Positions 1 to 14,440 of a stretch of 64,000 nt of DNA are shown piece by piece. Source of the DNA: Malacoraja senta (taxonomy: Eukaryota); the NCBI GenBank assembly GCA_038087875.1, contig CM075989.1, forward strand, positions 19,656,001-19,720,000, written 5' to 3'. The translations under genes were made by a program, and so were the position numbers. Numbering within the stretch: the stretch's first letter is position 1; the number at the start of each line of letters is the position of its first letter. Below the pieces are notes generated by a model. It was given only the letters and a program-made list of their open reading frames with translations. It was not told where the DNA came from and searched no databases.

Positions 1-722
1 AGTGCTTCTTAAGAAGCATTTAATTCACATTTTTTCATGCGACACGGTGGTTTTATTCCCCGAATTAACAGCAGTATTTTTCATGCCAATACGGGGTTAA
101 ATTCACCGCAAATGAACGTTCCAAAAGATCGCGTTCCAGAAATCCTCACTCACAAGATGATTTAAATCCCCATTAATTTACAGGTATTAAACATTCAATT
201 CCTTCCATTTGGCCTGTAAATTCATGAAAATTAGATTTAAAAATTATGTTATATTGTGAATTATTGTGTGAATGTTATTTGGACACTTAGGCTATTTAAA
301 AATGTTAATCTATTCTTAAGAAATTGATAGATGTTTAGATCTAGTAATTGAATTTTGTAATTAGCTACAATTAGGTAACTAACTAATTATATGCTTTACT
401 TTCATGTCTTCGAAGTAAGATTGTTTCATATTTGTTTCAGAATGCTTCAATCTATAATAACTGAAAATTTCTTTCAGTTATCATAATTTTTAAGAAAGTT
501 ATGGGCTTTTAACTGTCCTCGATCACAGCTTTTGTGTTAAGTCAATGGAAAAGCAATAGGGAACTAGATGCTAATTTCTGAGTATGATAATGGCCATAAC
601 TTCTTTAATACTGAAGATATGAAAGTGAATTAAGTGTCAAATTAAACTTCTTTTTATGCTTTATCTGATGGGATAAATTGCAGACTTTATTTTTAAAATC
701 TCAACATTTTGTAACATTGCTA
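1..722. mobile_element. AT-rich probable DNA-transposon-derived repeat end, truncated by the window edge
   Basis: Compositionally distinct AT-rich block ending ...ctcaacattttgtaacattgcta (TAG-type terminus on the minus strand). The other end is not visible. Confidence 0.3.
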
Positions 723-1309
723 ACCATTGCTGAGCAGAATGGCAAAGTGGATTTAAATTATACTAAGGGAAATTAAATTAACACAAGGAAGCACTGTGAC
801 CCAACAGTAGAGTCGCTGCCTTGCAGCGCCAGAGACCATCAGATCTTTTGATTGTCGGCCCACGTCTGAATGTAATTGATTGAAAGATACAGCATGGAAA
901 ATCTCTTCAGCCCACCGAGTCCATTCCATCACCTGTTCACACGTTATCTCACATTTGCATCCATTCCCTACACACTAGGGGCAATTTACAGATTCCCCTC
1001 TCTCTGACTAAAGAAATTCCTCCTCATCTCCTTTCTAAAGGTACATCCTTTTATTCTGAGGCTGTGATTTCTGGTCCTAGACTCTCCCACTGGCAGAAAC
1101 ATCCTCTCCACATGCACTCTATCCAGGCCTTTATTCAGTAAGTTTCAATGAGGTCTCCCCTCATTTTTCTAAACTCCAGTGAGCAGAGGCCCAGTGCTGT
1201 CAAATGCTCACCGTATGTTAACCCAATCATTCCTGGGTTCATTTACAATAACATACACACCCTTATCCCAAAGCTCTATGTCATAAATATAGATAGAACT
1301 TACCAGTAG

Positions 1310-1615
1310 TTTAGTTTAGTTTAGTTTAGAGATACAGCGCGGAAACAGGCCCTTCGGCCCACTGAGTCTGCACCGACCAGCGATCCCCACACATTAACAC
1401 TGTCCTACACACACTAGGGACAATTGTTACATTTACCAAGCCAATTAACCTACAAACCTGTACGTCTTTGGAGTGTGAGGGGAAACCGGAGATCTCGGAG
1501 AAAACCCACGCAGGTCATGGGGGGAACGTACAAACTCCGTACAGACAGCACCTGTTGTCAGGATCGAACCCGGGTCTCTGGTGCTGTGGGGCAGTAGCTC
1601 GATGGCTGTGCCAGT
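1310..1615 (-). mobile_element. HE1-type tRNA-derived V-SINE
   Basis: tRNA-like head (B box GGTTCGATCC), central V-domain-like segment, LINE-shared tail gggccgaagggcctgtttccgcgctgtatctc(taaac)n. Confidence 0.8.
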
Positions 1616-1949
1616 AATACAGGGCTGGCTTACTGTCTCCGCTAAATACACAGCAACTGGCAAAATGGATAGCAATGATCGCCAATGTGGTTTGAAGAAA
1701 CTCTTAAATCCAATTACTGAGCATTGTCGATCGATGAGATTCACCACAGGACCACAAGACTCCTGAGCCGGGGAGAGAAGGTGGGTGCACAGAGAGCTAT
1801 CATATCTACACAGGCAGCAGCAATTAAACAAAAGAGAACGTTTCTATTCCTCACTAGGGGACAGAATTACTAATTGTGAGCGACTGCTTAAAGGAACAGG
1901 AAATGGGATAAAATGGCCACTCAAGCACAGGATATGTAAACAGCATTGT

Positions 1950-2375
1950 GATAAGTTCATGTGATAGGAGCAGAATATGGCCATTCGGTCCATCAAGTCT
2001 ACTCCGCCATCCAATCATCTCTGATCTATCTTTCCCTCTGAACCCCATTCTCCTGCCTTCTCTCCATAACCCCTGACACTCGTACTAATGAAGAATTTAT
2101 CTATCTCGGCCTTAAAAATGTCCACTGACTTGGCCTCCACAGCCTTCTGTGGCAAATAATTCCACAGATTCACCGCCCTCTGAGTAAAGAAATTCCTCTT
2201 CATCTCCTTCCTAAAGGAACATCCTTTAATTATGATGCAATGACCTCTAGACTCTCCCAATAGTGGGAACACCTCTCCACATCCACTCTATCCGGGCCTC
2301 TCACCTGCCCTCGTCCTTCTAAACTCCAGCGAGCAGAGGCCCAGTGCCATCAAACGCTCATCATATGTTAACCCA
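1950..2375 (-). mobile_element. CR1/HER1-type LINE 3' fragment
   Basis: MFPLLGESRGH..FRKEMKRNFFTQRAVNLWNYLPQKAVEAKSVDIFKAEID, the CR1 ORF2 C-terminus, plus UTR. Confidence 0.85.
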
Positions 2376-5300
2376 TATACACTCAACCATGTGAGTCAGT
2401 GGAATGTTTAGTTTAAGATAGGCACAAAATGCCGGAGTAACTCAGCGGGCCAGGCAGCATCTCTGGATAAAAGGAATAGGTGATGTATCGGGTCTGGACC
2501 CTTCTTCAGAATGAAAGATAGAAAAGGCCAGAAAACAGGGCCGGCAACTGATGACATCAGGAAGGGTGGAGTCCATAATGGTCCATTTTTGGCTGGGGAA
2601 GATGTGCTGATGACAGGGATACAAGGATGTGAACAGTGCAACTAGTAGGATGCCTGGGGTGGGGGAGGGGGGAGAGAGGGGTTGGGGAAAGAAATGCGGG
2701 TGTTACTTGACAACTAGGGTGGGGGGTTTAGTTAGTTTAGAGATACAGCATAGAAACACAGAAAATAGGTGCAGGAGTAGGCCATTCGGCCCTTCGAGCC
2801 TGCACCGCCATTCAATATGATCATGGCTGATCATCCAACTCAGTATCCTGTACCTGCCTTCTCTCCATACCCCCTGATCCCTTTAGCCACAAGGGCCACA
2901 TCAAACTCCCTCTTAAATATAGCCAATGAACTGGCCTCAACTACCTTCTGTGGCAGAGAATTCCACAGATTCACCACTCTGTGTGTGAAAAATGATTTTC
3001 TCATCTCGGTCCTAAAAGACTTCCCCCTTATCCTTAAATAAGACAGGCTGTTGGGCCCACTGAGTCCACGCCGACCATGTTATCCCACTTTCTCATCCAC
3101 TCCCTACACACTAGGCACATTTTTTTTTACAGAGGCCAATCAACCTACAAACCCCCACATCTTTGGGATGTGGGAGAAAACCGGAGCACGCGGAGGCGAC
3201 CCACGCAGTCACAGGGGGAACGTGCAAACTCTACACAGCCAGCACCCGAGGATCGATCCTGGGTCTTTGGCGCTGTGAAGCAGTGGCTCTACCAGCGCTG
3301 CCACTGTGCCGTTCTGATGGGAAAAAAATTCATAGGAGCAGATGATCACTGGACGACGTGGACTCGGTGGGCCGAAGGGCCTGTTTCCATGCTGTATCTC
3401 TAAAGACTAAAGTCTAACGTAAAGGAGAAACTTTTGCAAGTCTCCAAATGTCCACTGAGGGCTGGCGGTGAACATTTAGCTTTCTCTGCCCATCGCTTCC
3501 CGACTCTCCTCTCAGCCTTTTTCCCAAACCTTCGACTCGTGGGAACATGGTGCCTGAGACTGCCCTCAACATCGACATGCGCTCATTCATCGAAGGAAAC
3601 CTCAGTAGCATTGTCTGTATCGTCACCGACTGCAGCTCGGCGTGCAACACCATCATCCCCTCCACACCTGATACCAACCTCAGGCACAAAAATGCTGGAG
3701 TAACTCAGCGGGACAGGCAGCATCTCTGGAGAGAAGGAACGGGTGACATTTCAGGTCGGGACCCTTCTTCAGACCGTGGAACTGATGCACCACAATGCCG
3801 AGAACCACAGTAAACAAAGAACACAAAAGAACATGGCTCTCCAGAGATATTGCCTGAACTACTGAGTTACTCCAGCACTTTTTGTCCTTTTCGGCTGAGA
3901 ACTATATTTTGCATTCAGTATCTTCCCCTTTGTTCCATCTGTTGTACTTGTGCTTGACTTGCTTGCGTGTATGTGTTGTATTATCTGATTTGTTTGGCAT
4001 GTAAAGCATAGGTTTTCACTGTACCTTGGTACACCTGACAATAATAAAGCTAAACCTAAAAGGAATGATAGAAAAAGAAAAGCAGTTAACGGCAATATTG
4101 TGGCATTGAATGGGCACTTCAAACACTGCAATTACAGTAAGTGTTTCGACTCTGTGCTGTGGGACTGATATCTGTGTGCCTTAAGTGTTGAATGAATCCA
4201 TTCGGAGTTGTTCAGCCTTTCAACACCACAACTTTGATGGAAATGGCAACCTTAAAAGGCAAAGAATTCTGTTCTTAGACAGGCACGTATCCGATGGTTG
4301 CCTTCAGTCAAAAAGAGGCCGAGTTCCTGGAGTCAAACAGCACCAAAAAAGGCCCTTCGGCCCAATTCATTCATTCTTCCCAACCCATCTGAGCTGTTCC
4401 ATTTTGGCCCTTGTCCCTCTAAACCTTTCCGCTCCGTGTCCCTGTCCAAGTATCTTTTAAATATTGTTATAGTCCCTGCCTCAATTACTTCCTCTGGCAA
4501 CTTGTTCCCATATACCCATCACCCTCTGAGTGAAACGATACGATCCGATAAAACGTTATTCACCCCCGGTGGGAGATTAGTCTGCCGACTGTCACCACAT
4601 ACAAGGTACACCAAAACTTGAAATTAAAAGTGAAAACAAAAGAAAACGTGGAGAGTGTTGGCTGGCTGCCGTGTGCATTGGGCCTTCACCGGAACAAATG
4701 AACAAACAAACACAGACTTATCCCCTGGGCAGAGGTTTCTAAACTAGTGTGCCCAACCCCACACCCCGAATCCCCCTTTGTTCTCCCACCGTCCCTCACA
4801 GCCGTTCCCCCCCCCCCATTGTTCTTCACAGTGGTCCCCCCACGCCAGGCCCCCATCGTCTTCCCCTCCCCCCTCCCGCTCATCGACCGCGGGGCACCAC
4901 TTCCACCCAGGGCCATGTTGCCGCCGAGGCTCCCCCCACCGCTGAGGCTCCCACCGCCGCCACCTTTGAGGCTCCTCCGGCCCAGACAGGCCTCGCCGCC
5001 CGACGTCACCGCAGTCTCCTGGAAGGCCTGTGGGGCGAGTCAGGGCCTAGCGGGGCGCGTTACAGTCGTCAGTCGTTGCCGGCGTCAGTGCAGTTGTACG
5101 GCGGGTGTATCGGGCCCGCATGGCTCCCCGGGATGGGCGATGATATACACAACTTGCTGGAGTAACTCAGTGGGACAGGCAGCATCTCCTTCTCTCCAGA
5201 GATGCTGCCTGTCCCACTGAATTACTCCATAGGTTCTTATGATGTTTTTCCCCTCTTACCCTAAACCTATACCCTCTCATTCTTTATGTTCCCACCCTAC

Positions 5301-6109
5301 AGAAAAGACTCTGTGTATTCATCCTATCCACCCCCCGTTTTTCCCATGGTGAAAATGTCAAAGACCAGAGGGCACGGCTATATGGTGCGAGGGACAAAAG
5401 AGATGTGCTTCTCTAGAACGTGCTGCCAGCTGGTGGTGGAGGCAGATATGATAGTGGCGTTCAAATGGTTTTTGGAAAGGCACATGGATATGCAGGGGTG
5501 TGGATCGCATACAGGCAGTGAGATTAGTTTATCTTGCCTAACTTGCTGAGTAACTGGTGCACTTTGTACAAACCAGCATCTGCAGTTCCTTGTTTCTCAT
5601 CTTCATGGTTAGGTACAGTGCTTTTTTTGAGACAGAAAAGTATACAAACCCAACCTGCAATCCTGTACGTCTTTGGAGCGTGGGAGGAAACAAAAGATCT
5701 CAGAGAAAACCCACGCAGTCAACGTACAAACTCATTACAGACAGCATCCGTAGTCGGGATCGAACCCGGGTCTCTGACGCTGCAAGCGTTGTAAGGCAGC
5801 AACTCTACTGCCGCGCCACCACGCCACCCTGCAGTTGGTCTATGGGGAATATTGGTCCTATAAGCTGCTTAAGCAGTTTATGAGCCTGACTGCCTAATTT
5901 GATTAATATATATTATTTAAAAAAAAAATTAAAACAAATTGGAAATCTGTTTTTTAACTATTTTGGGATAGTACACATCAGTACAGGGTACTGAAACCTC
6001 AAAAATTAAAACAGATATCCAATTTTTTTAAATTATCCACCTTATTTGTCATGGCTCGCTCTACCACAGAGACTGATGCTGGAGGTAGGGACGGAAGCTG
6101 ATAATTAAA

Positions 6110-6810
6110 TCATGCAGAACAGGAACAGGCCCTACTGGCCCAACCATCCTTGCCGACCAAGATGCCTCAACCGCATTAGTCCCACCTGCCCGCATTTGGT
6201 CCATATCCCTTTAAACTTTTTCTATCCATGTAACTGTTTAAATGTCTTTCAAATGTTGTTCTAATACTTGCCTCAACTACCTTCTCTGGCAGCTCGTTAC
6301 ATATACCCACCATCCTCTGTGTGAGAAAGTTACCCCTCAGGTTCCTATTAAATCTTTCCCCTCTCACCTTAAACTTATGTCCTATGGTTCATAATTCCTT
6401 TACATTAGGTAAAAGACTGTGCGGTCACCCTATGTACTCTTATTAAGATTTTATATACCTCCATAAGATCACCTCTCAGCCTTCTGCACTCCAAGGAATA
6501 AAGTCCTAATCTTCCCACTATAGCTGTATCGGGAGGGATTGTAGATGCTAGTTTACAACGAAGATAGACAAAAGATTCTGTAGTAACTCAGCGGGACAGG
6601 CACCATCTCTAGATAGAAGGAATGGGTGATGTTTTGGGTCGAAGCCCTTCTTCAGACTGAGAGTCAGGGTAGAGGGAAATGCTGATAGCTTAGCTCATCT
6701 CCCTATATAGCTATGGCCCTCGAGTCCTGGCAACATCCTCATGAAACTTCTCTGCACTCTTTCCAGTTTAATGACATCTTTCCTATAGCAGGGTGACCAA
6801 AACTGATAGG
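6110..6810 (-). mobile_element. CR1/HER1-type LINE 3' fragment interrupted by a Penelope arm
   Basis: RGERFNRNLRGNFLTQRMVGICNELPEKVVEA; Penelope arm at ~6530-6685. Confidence 0.8.
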
Positions 6811-8894
6811 TAGGTTGAGAAGTATTCGTTTAGGACATAGTAAGGAATTGGAAAAGCTTCTTGTTTTCCCCAAATCGTGCACTATGCATGAAAAAGAATG
6901 AATAAAGAACTGAGGACACCTGCTGTTCACACTTAAGCATTTAATTGGGAGTAACTTTCAAATCCACGGACAGTGCCCAGGGATCACTGTTCTTTAGTTT
7001 AGTTTGCGTTTTGTTAAGAGATACAGCGCGGAAACAGGTCCTTCGGCCCACCGAGTCCGTGCCGACCAGCGATCCCCGCACATAATACTATCCTACACAC
7101 TCTAGGGACGATTTACAATTATACCAAGCCAATTAACCCACAAACGTGTATGTCTTTGTGGAGTGTGGGAGTCGGCGATGGCGGCGGACGCTGGGAAAAG
7201 GGCCATTTTCAAGATGGCGGCGGACGGAGGAGAGGATCTGTGTCGCCATGACAACGGGCCTTGAAAGCTAAGATAAGACTGCACTCTGTGAAACTTTGTG
7301 GGCACCAGAAACGTGGCGACTCTTTGTGTACTGTCTCAGTGAGGTCTACCGTTACACTACAATTATTGCACCATTGGACTTATCTATGATTGTGCTTGTC
7401 TGCAGTATGATTTTAATGGATTGTACACAAAACAAAAATTTTCACTGTGCACGACACTAACGTATCATCATCATCCGTAAAAAAAATCAGCATCTTTTAG
7501 TATGCCTTGGTAAGCTTATTTAAAAAAATATGAATTATTTAAATGACACGTACTCATTACCTTATCAGTTTTAGCATATACAAACATGTGTAGCTCTAAT
7601 CAGTGTCATAAGGGTATGGCTTATCATTTATGATTGCTACATGTAACACCACATCTAATTAAAACATATTGCAATGAATTATCTTAAGTATATTTGCAGA
7701 AATATTCTGTGCTGTCTGTATGCGAGATCAAATCCATTGAGGAAACAAACGCCTTTATTAGACGCATGAAACAGTACACACAGACCACAATAATTTAAAC
7801 CTTGCGTCCACTTGATTAAAAGGGATTAAACTCAACCTGATCTGCTGTCTGCACGTTAAGCTTTAAAACAGCCGCAAATCATCTTCTTACAAGCTCTAAC
7901 CGAAAGATGATTTGGTAGATCCAAATTCAATTAAACACACGCAAATGCTTGCAACCATTGTACTGATCCTCATCAAGTCATCTTTAAAAACATAAATGTA
8001 CATTTTACAATTTCTCATTCTTGGATTTTTATAATTGAACAGGCTGTTGTCCACCAGGGTTAGACCAAAGGGTTATATATACATTGTGTTTCTTCAACGT
8101 AGGCCTGTTTTGATATCACCATAGACTTTATAGGCTTGAATTCCACAAGTCACAACACTATATCTGCCTAGACATTTAAGAACTCAATTCAATAACATCG
8201 GAACTAAGCAGTTTAATCTACGCACAGTTTAATCTTGGATTTTCATTTTACCTATTTTCTGGAACTAAAGCAAAACTAACCCAGATGGTCAACTTTTAAC
8301 ATGCTATGAGCTTATCATCAATGTGTTGGCTTCATCCATGTGAGAAGAAAAAAGTCAATTATCTCAATGGATAAGACAATAAATGCAAACTGCAGGTGTG
8401 ATAAACAGAATTGCCAAATATACTTTTGTGGGCCGGATCCTCAGAGAGTAGTTCCACATTAAGATTATGTTGTAATGAATCACTTAGTCATTACTTTATG
8501 GAGGCATGGATTTATTTTTTAAATAATCCTACATTTGGAATTTTAAATGAAATATCAAATAGCAAAATCGCCAAAATGTGTGTGAGGAGAATATAAGATG
8601 GAATGTGTAGGAAGGAACTGCAGGTGCTGGTTTAAATCGAAGATAGACACAAAATGCTGGAGTAACTCAGCAGGTCAGGCAGCATCTCTGGAGAAAAGGA
8701 ATGGGTAACATTTTGGGTCGAGACCCTTCTTTAGACTGGGAATCATAACAATCTGTAAATGAAATTAATTGAATCAATATTAAAAGTTGTAAAAAACAAC
8801 AATATGAAGGGAATAAAGGCATACATTTAGAATGTCTACTTGCATTGCTGCAAGGTATTTTTCAAGAGCATCTGATAATGGTTCTTATTTAAAC

Positions 8895-9340
8895 AGTCTT
8901 TCTGCTTCATGGAAGGAAGCATAGGGTGATGGTGGAAGGTTGTTTTTTGGACTGGAGGCCTGTGACTAGTGGTGTGCCTCAGGGTTCGGTGTTGGACCCA
9001 TTGCCGTTTGCCATCTTTAATCAATGATTTGGATGAGAATGTACATGGCATGGTCAGTAAGTTTGCAGATGACACTGAAGTGGGTGGTATTGTAGATAGC
9101 AAAGATGGTTGTCAAAAATTGCGGCAGGATCTTGATCAGTTGGGCAGGTGAGCTGAGGAATGGTTCATGGAGGTTAACGCAGAGAAGTGCAAGGTGCTGC
9201 ATTTTGTGAAGACACACCAGGGCAGAACATATGCAGTGAATGGCAGTGCTCTGGGGGAGTGTTGTAGAGCAGAGGGGTGTAGGAGTACAGATATATAGTT
9301 CCTGGAAAGCTGCGTCACAGGTAGATAGGGTGGTTTCCAA
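8895..9340 (+). mobile_element. CR1/HER1-type LINE reverse-transcriptase fragment (degenerate)
   Basis: SGVPQGSVL..INDLDENVHGMVSKFADDTEVGGIVDS..LRQDLDQLG..NAEKCKVLHF motifs, with frameshift and stop. Confidence 0.9.
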
Positions 9341-9637
9341 GGTACCAACAACTGCTCAGGTCAAAAGTTCTTGTTTGATGTTTGTTTGAAATGTTATGTT
9401 GGTAAGGGCCTGTTCCTGTGCTGAGCCCGGGGTTCCATGTTCTATGGTGATCACTATTAGAAAGGACCAGTGTGTTTTTTTTGTTTTCATCCTGAGTTTA
9501 AATTCCATATCTGCCTCGTTAATTGTTTTCATGTCGATATGTCTGAGGAAAGTTTGACAGTGAGACTGTTAAGCTACAACATGCTCCAGCTATTCCTCTC
9601 TGCAATGGCCTCCATTGGCCTCAGCTGCTTAGATGGG

Positions 9638-9893
9638 GCATCTGGGTCAACATGGACGAGTTGGGCCGAAGGCCCTGTTACTGTGCTGTAGCATCTGGTT
9701 CAACATGGACAAGTTGGGCCGAAGGGCCTGTTACTGTGCTGTAGCATCTGGGTCAACATGGACAAGTTGGGCCGAAGGGCCTGTTACTGTGCTGTAGCAC
9801 CTAGGTCAACATGGACGAGTTGGGCCGAAGGCCCTGTTACTGTGCTGTAGCATCTAGGTCAACATGGACAAGTTGGGCTGAAGGGCCTGTTAC
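9638..9893 (+). repeat. 53-bp tandem repeat (~4.8 copies) of the CR1/HER1 3' tail
   Basis: Unit gcatctgggtcaacatggacaagttgggccgaagggcctgttactgtgctgta starts at 9638, 9691, 9744, 9797 and 9850. Confidence 0.95.
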
Positions 9894-11135
9894 CCGACTC
9901 TATGCCTCTATGAAAAATACAAGGCCGGACTTGCTATATTTTTGATCCATTCTTGGTTTTCCTTATGCTCTGGGAAGTTATAAAGTGAATTGTATCTCTG
10001 TCAACAATATTTTGTTGATAACTATATCATCAATAAATCCACCATCATTCATTAAGCATAACTTACACATTGTTATTGTCTGTAAAATGCCAGGAAATTG
10101 CCGAAAACATGTTCCTCTATTTGGTTTCCTTCACTCTCTTGACCAAAGCATTATAAAAGGACCTTTATTAAATTATAATTCCTGGGCTGTTCATCATCTG
10201 GACTGTCATGAAACACATGGTCACATCTCTTGCAGATTGCTTGAAGGTTGAGACCTACACTGACCTTTGGCTTTCTGTTTCTTTCCTGAGCTTGGCTCAC
10301 ACAGTGCATTAATACCACCCAACCGCGAGGACAAGCAACCCCATTCTGAATCATCTGCTAGCTACTTACATTTCTTCCCAAACTCTGCCGATTATTTAAA
10401 ATCTGCAATGTTTCAAATTCAGCCCAGTCCAGTCCCTGCTACAATGACCATAAATGCAAGCAAATTGGTGGCCTCGGTTATCGAGGTTTAAGGTGATTTG
10501 AGTTGCCTATTTTGATCACAGTTGTGTTATCAATGAGAAAATATCGGTAAATGTACAATTTGCATTGTAGGCAAGTGGGTCTGATTTATTTATGAAAGAT
10601 ATTGTTAATAGAATAACTATCATTCCATCAATAACAATATTAATATAACTAAAAGCTGTCCAAAAAAATAACATTTCAAATCAAATTAATCTGTTGTCAT
10701 TTAATTAATAACTCATTTCCTAACAAATTCATCACAGAATGGTGGGACTAAAGGAAAATTATGTCAAGCTGCATAATTACGTCAACCAGTCATATTCACG
10801 ATATATCTCCCTGCAACTCTACAGAACATCATCGTTAATACAACTCTTTATGTTCCAAAACAATATATATATATATATACTATTTAAAATAATGTGTCCC
10901 TTGCCCAAATTCCATCTTCAGCTTTAAATCAAACCCTCTGTCCCCAACTGATAAGTAATCTATTTTGGACAGCTCTCTATCATGTTTGGAGAAAAATGGA
11001 CTTGCAATGTCCATCTTTTCCCATTTGCTCCATTAATCCGGTCTTTTGGGAATACTATTCAGCTAACCGTTGCTGGAAAAGTGATGCAATGTACAGATAA
11101 TTAAAAAAAACACAACTAAAAGTCAAAGACTGCTG

Positions 11136-11138
<3 letters not shown>

Positions 11139-11200
<62 letters not shown>

Positions 11201-11225
11201 TATATATATATATAGATATATATAT
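11139..11225. repeat. (CT)n followed by (AT)n microsatellite
   Basis: Direct reading. Confidence 0.95.
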
Positions 11226-11434
11226 CGGTAAATGCATAATTTGCATTATAAGCAATTGGGTTTGATAGATTTAATATCATTAATTTTGATATATTGTTAA
11301 TAGAATAACTATCATTCCATATATATATATATATAGACATGATTTCTCATTTATTGTTTAAAATTGCTCCCTTATGCTGTTTAGTATATATATATATAAA
11401 GTGAAAGATTGCCTCTACTCTCCCTAGTCAAAGT

Positions 11435-11606
<172 letters not shown>

Positions 11607-14121
11607 TATATAAAAACTGTTTTGTAATCTGTCAATAGGAAGCACCAATAAACTCAAGGGTATAACATATCCAAAGAATGAGAGTGTGTAAATGTTATGA
11701 GAGTGCGTTGTGCCTTAAAAAGAGTGAATGTCAAAATAAATTGACCTAGCGCTCATAACAAACATTTCCAGCGAAGGCAGCAAGACAAAAGCGACCGGAT
11801 TCAGTTCAAAAAATTTCAACCAAGGAGAATGCGGCATGTACTGACCCAGCTGAGGAAAGGTCAGGGAGCAATTTTGAATAATAAATGAGAACTCCTGACC
11901 TTGCAACCTAAATGTGGCAGGGACAGCAGCCGTCCCTCCGCCAGATGTTGGCAGCAGATACAGGAGCATCAACATCCAAACTAATGAGCGACGGTGACAC
12001 AGAGATTCTTGTGTCGATTCATGCAGAACAGCAAAGAATCAACGACACCACGATATGCTGCACCATGGACATTTTAAGTTAATTCTATATCCGTACCTCC
12101 ATTTTAAAATATCAGAATTGTGGCTAATTATGCTGTTGAGTTTAGTTTAGTTAAGAGATACAGCGCGAAAACAGGCCCTTCGGCCCACCGAGTCCGCGCT
12201 GACCAGCGATCCCCACACTTACACTATCTTAGACATACACTCAAGACAATTTACAATTATACCAAGCCAATTAGCGTACAAACCTGCAAGTCTTTGGAGT
12301 GTGGGAGGAAGCCGGAGAACCCGGAGAAAACCACGCAGGTCACGGAGAGAATGTACAAACTCCGTACAGACAAGCTGTTATATGATTCATTCTATTTTTT
12401 GAAGAGCATTGAATTTATCCATGCAAACTCCAGAAAGTTACATGGAGTCTTACAGCAACGATTGACAGAATTCTTGATTAGTAAGGGTGTCAAAGGTTAT
12501 GGGGAGAAGGCAGGAGAATGGAGATGAGAGGGAAAATAGATCAGCCCTTATTGAATGGCGTAGTCGACTCGATGGGTAGAATGGCATAATTCTGCTTATA
12601 CAGTATGACATGGATTTGCTCCTCTCACCTTAAAGCTATTAGAGTTTAGAGTTATAGCGTGGAAACAGGCTCTTTGGCCCAACTTGTCCACAACGACCAA
12701 CATGCCCAAACTACGCTAGCCCCATCTGCCTGAGTTAGGCCCATATCCCTCTAAACCTGTCCTATCCATGTACCTGTCTAAATGTTTCCTTAATGTTGTG
12801 ATAGTTCATGCCTCAACTACCTCCTTCACCAGCTCGTTCCATACACCTACCACCCCTCATCAGACCCGAGACATCACCCATTCCTTCTATCCAGAGATGC
12901 TGCCTGACCCGCTGAGTTACTCCAGCACATTGTGTCTATCTTTGCTATAAACCAGCATCTGCAGTTCTTTGTTTCTAACCCTTAATCCAGGCACTTTGGT
13001 AATATGTGTCGCAGTGAAGTTATTTGGCACAGAGTAACATTGATCAGAAAATTGAAAGGTTGTTGGACTGAACTATCAGTGATGATTCCAGTATGTAACT
13101 ATGGCAGAGATAGAGCCATTCAATGTGTTTCAACAGATAGCTAGTTGCAGGTTTCTGCTAGCTTTGCATTTTGGATTTAATCACATATCTGTCGTCATCC
13201 AGATTTGTTGCAGCTTTCAAGCCGGTAACATTATGCACCATTTACTACTTGACGTTATTAAATGATGGCCTCGTATTGATTGAACTACAAAAATAGGGGG
13301 CTAGAAATTCATCTGTGTCATTTTGCAGTGTTAATGTTGTGTTGGGAATCTCCAAAATGCTGTTTTATAAAAGCTACAATAAATTCCTGAGTTTGTTGGA
13401 ATCACTTTCAAAATAGCAACAGCAATTTAGTTTTACTTCAGTTTAGTTTAGAGATATAGCGTGGAAATGGGCATTTCGGCCCACCGAGTCCACGCCGACC
13501 ATCGATCACCCGTGCACTAGTTCTATCTTACCCCATTTTTACATCCTATACACGAGGGAACAATGTACAGAAGCCAATTAACCTACAAACCGCACGTCTT
13601 TGGGATGTGGGAGGAATCTGGGGATGCCTGAGAAAACCCATGCGTTTACAGGGAGAACGTGCAAACACCACATCAGGCAGCCAAAGTCAGTTTCCAACCC
13701 ATGTCTCTGGCGCTGTGAGGCAGCAACTCTACCGCTGCACCACTGTCGATGCCCCAAGTTCCGACAACGTTTTTGCCACATTTTCTTTCAGGAATACTTA
13801 TTAAGGGGTGTACATTTTCGCTGTGATTGGAACCTTTCCTCACAGGTTAACCTCAGGAAGTAGCTGTTTGAGGAAACCGGTGCATCTGGACGAAACCCAT
13901 GCAGTTACAGGGAGAATGTGCAAATTCTACAACAGACAGACCAAAGTCAGTTTTGAGCCCAGGACTCAACTCCACCGCTGTGCCACTGTACCACCCTTAC
14001 TGTACCACCCATGTTAAAAGCTATTAATAAAGACAATGCAACAGAAGACCAGGAGAGGGAAGGGTCAACGAAGGTGGGGAAAGGGCAGGACTGCTAGGAA
14101 GGATTAGTGGAAATTAATTTT

Positions 14122-14440
14122 TTAGTTTAGTTTAGAGATACAGCGCGGAAACAGGCCCTTCAACCCACCGGGTCCACGCCGACCAGCGATCCCCGCACAT
14201 TAACACTATCCTACACACACTAGCGACAACTTTTACATTTACCCAAGCCAATTAACCTACAAACTTGTACGTCTGTGATGTGTGGGAGGAAACTGAAGAG
14301 CTCGGAGTAAACCCATGCAGGTCACGGGGAGAACGCACAAACGCCGTACAGACAGCACCCGTAGTCGGGATGGAACCCGGGTCTCCGGCGCTGCATTCGC
14401 TGTAAGGCAGCAACTTTACCGCTGCGCCACCGTGACCGCC
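14122..14440 (-). mobile_element. HE1-type V-SINE, full length
   Basis: A box TGGCGCAGCGG, B-box-like segment, V-domain, (TAAAC)n tail. Confidence 0.85.

Noticed and set aside
4686..5220. Proline- and glycine-rich ORFs
   Set aside because: They arise from a C-rich, GC-rich repeat fragment that lacks stops in several frames and runs into a Penelope arm; no splice or homology support.
9638..9893. CRISPR-like array
   Set aside because: Head-to-tail copies of a LINE tail without spacers.
11936..11956. CTCF site ccgccagatgttggcagc
   Set aside because: Only a partial match with altered spacing in the 3' half; not supportable without ChIP or conservation data.
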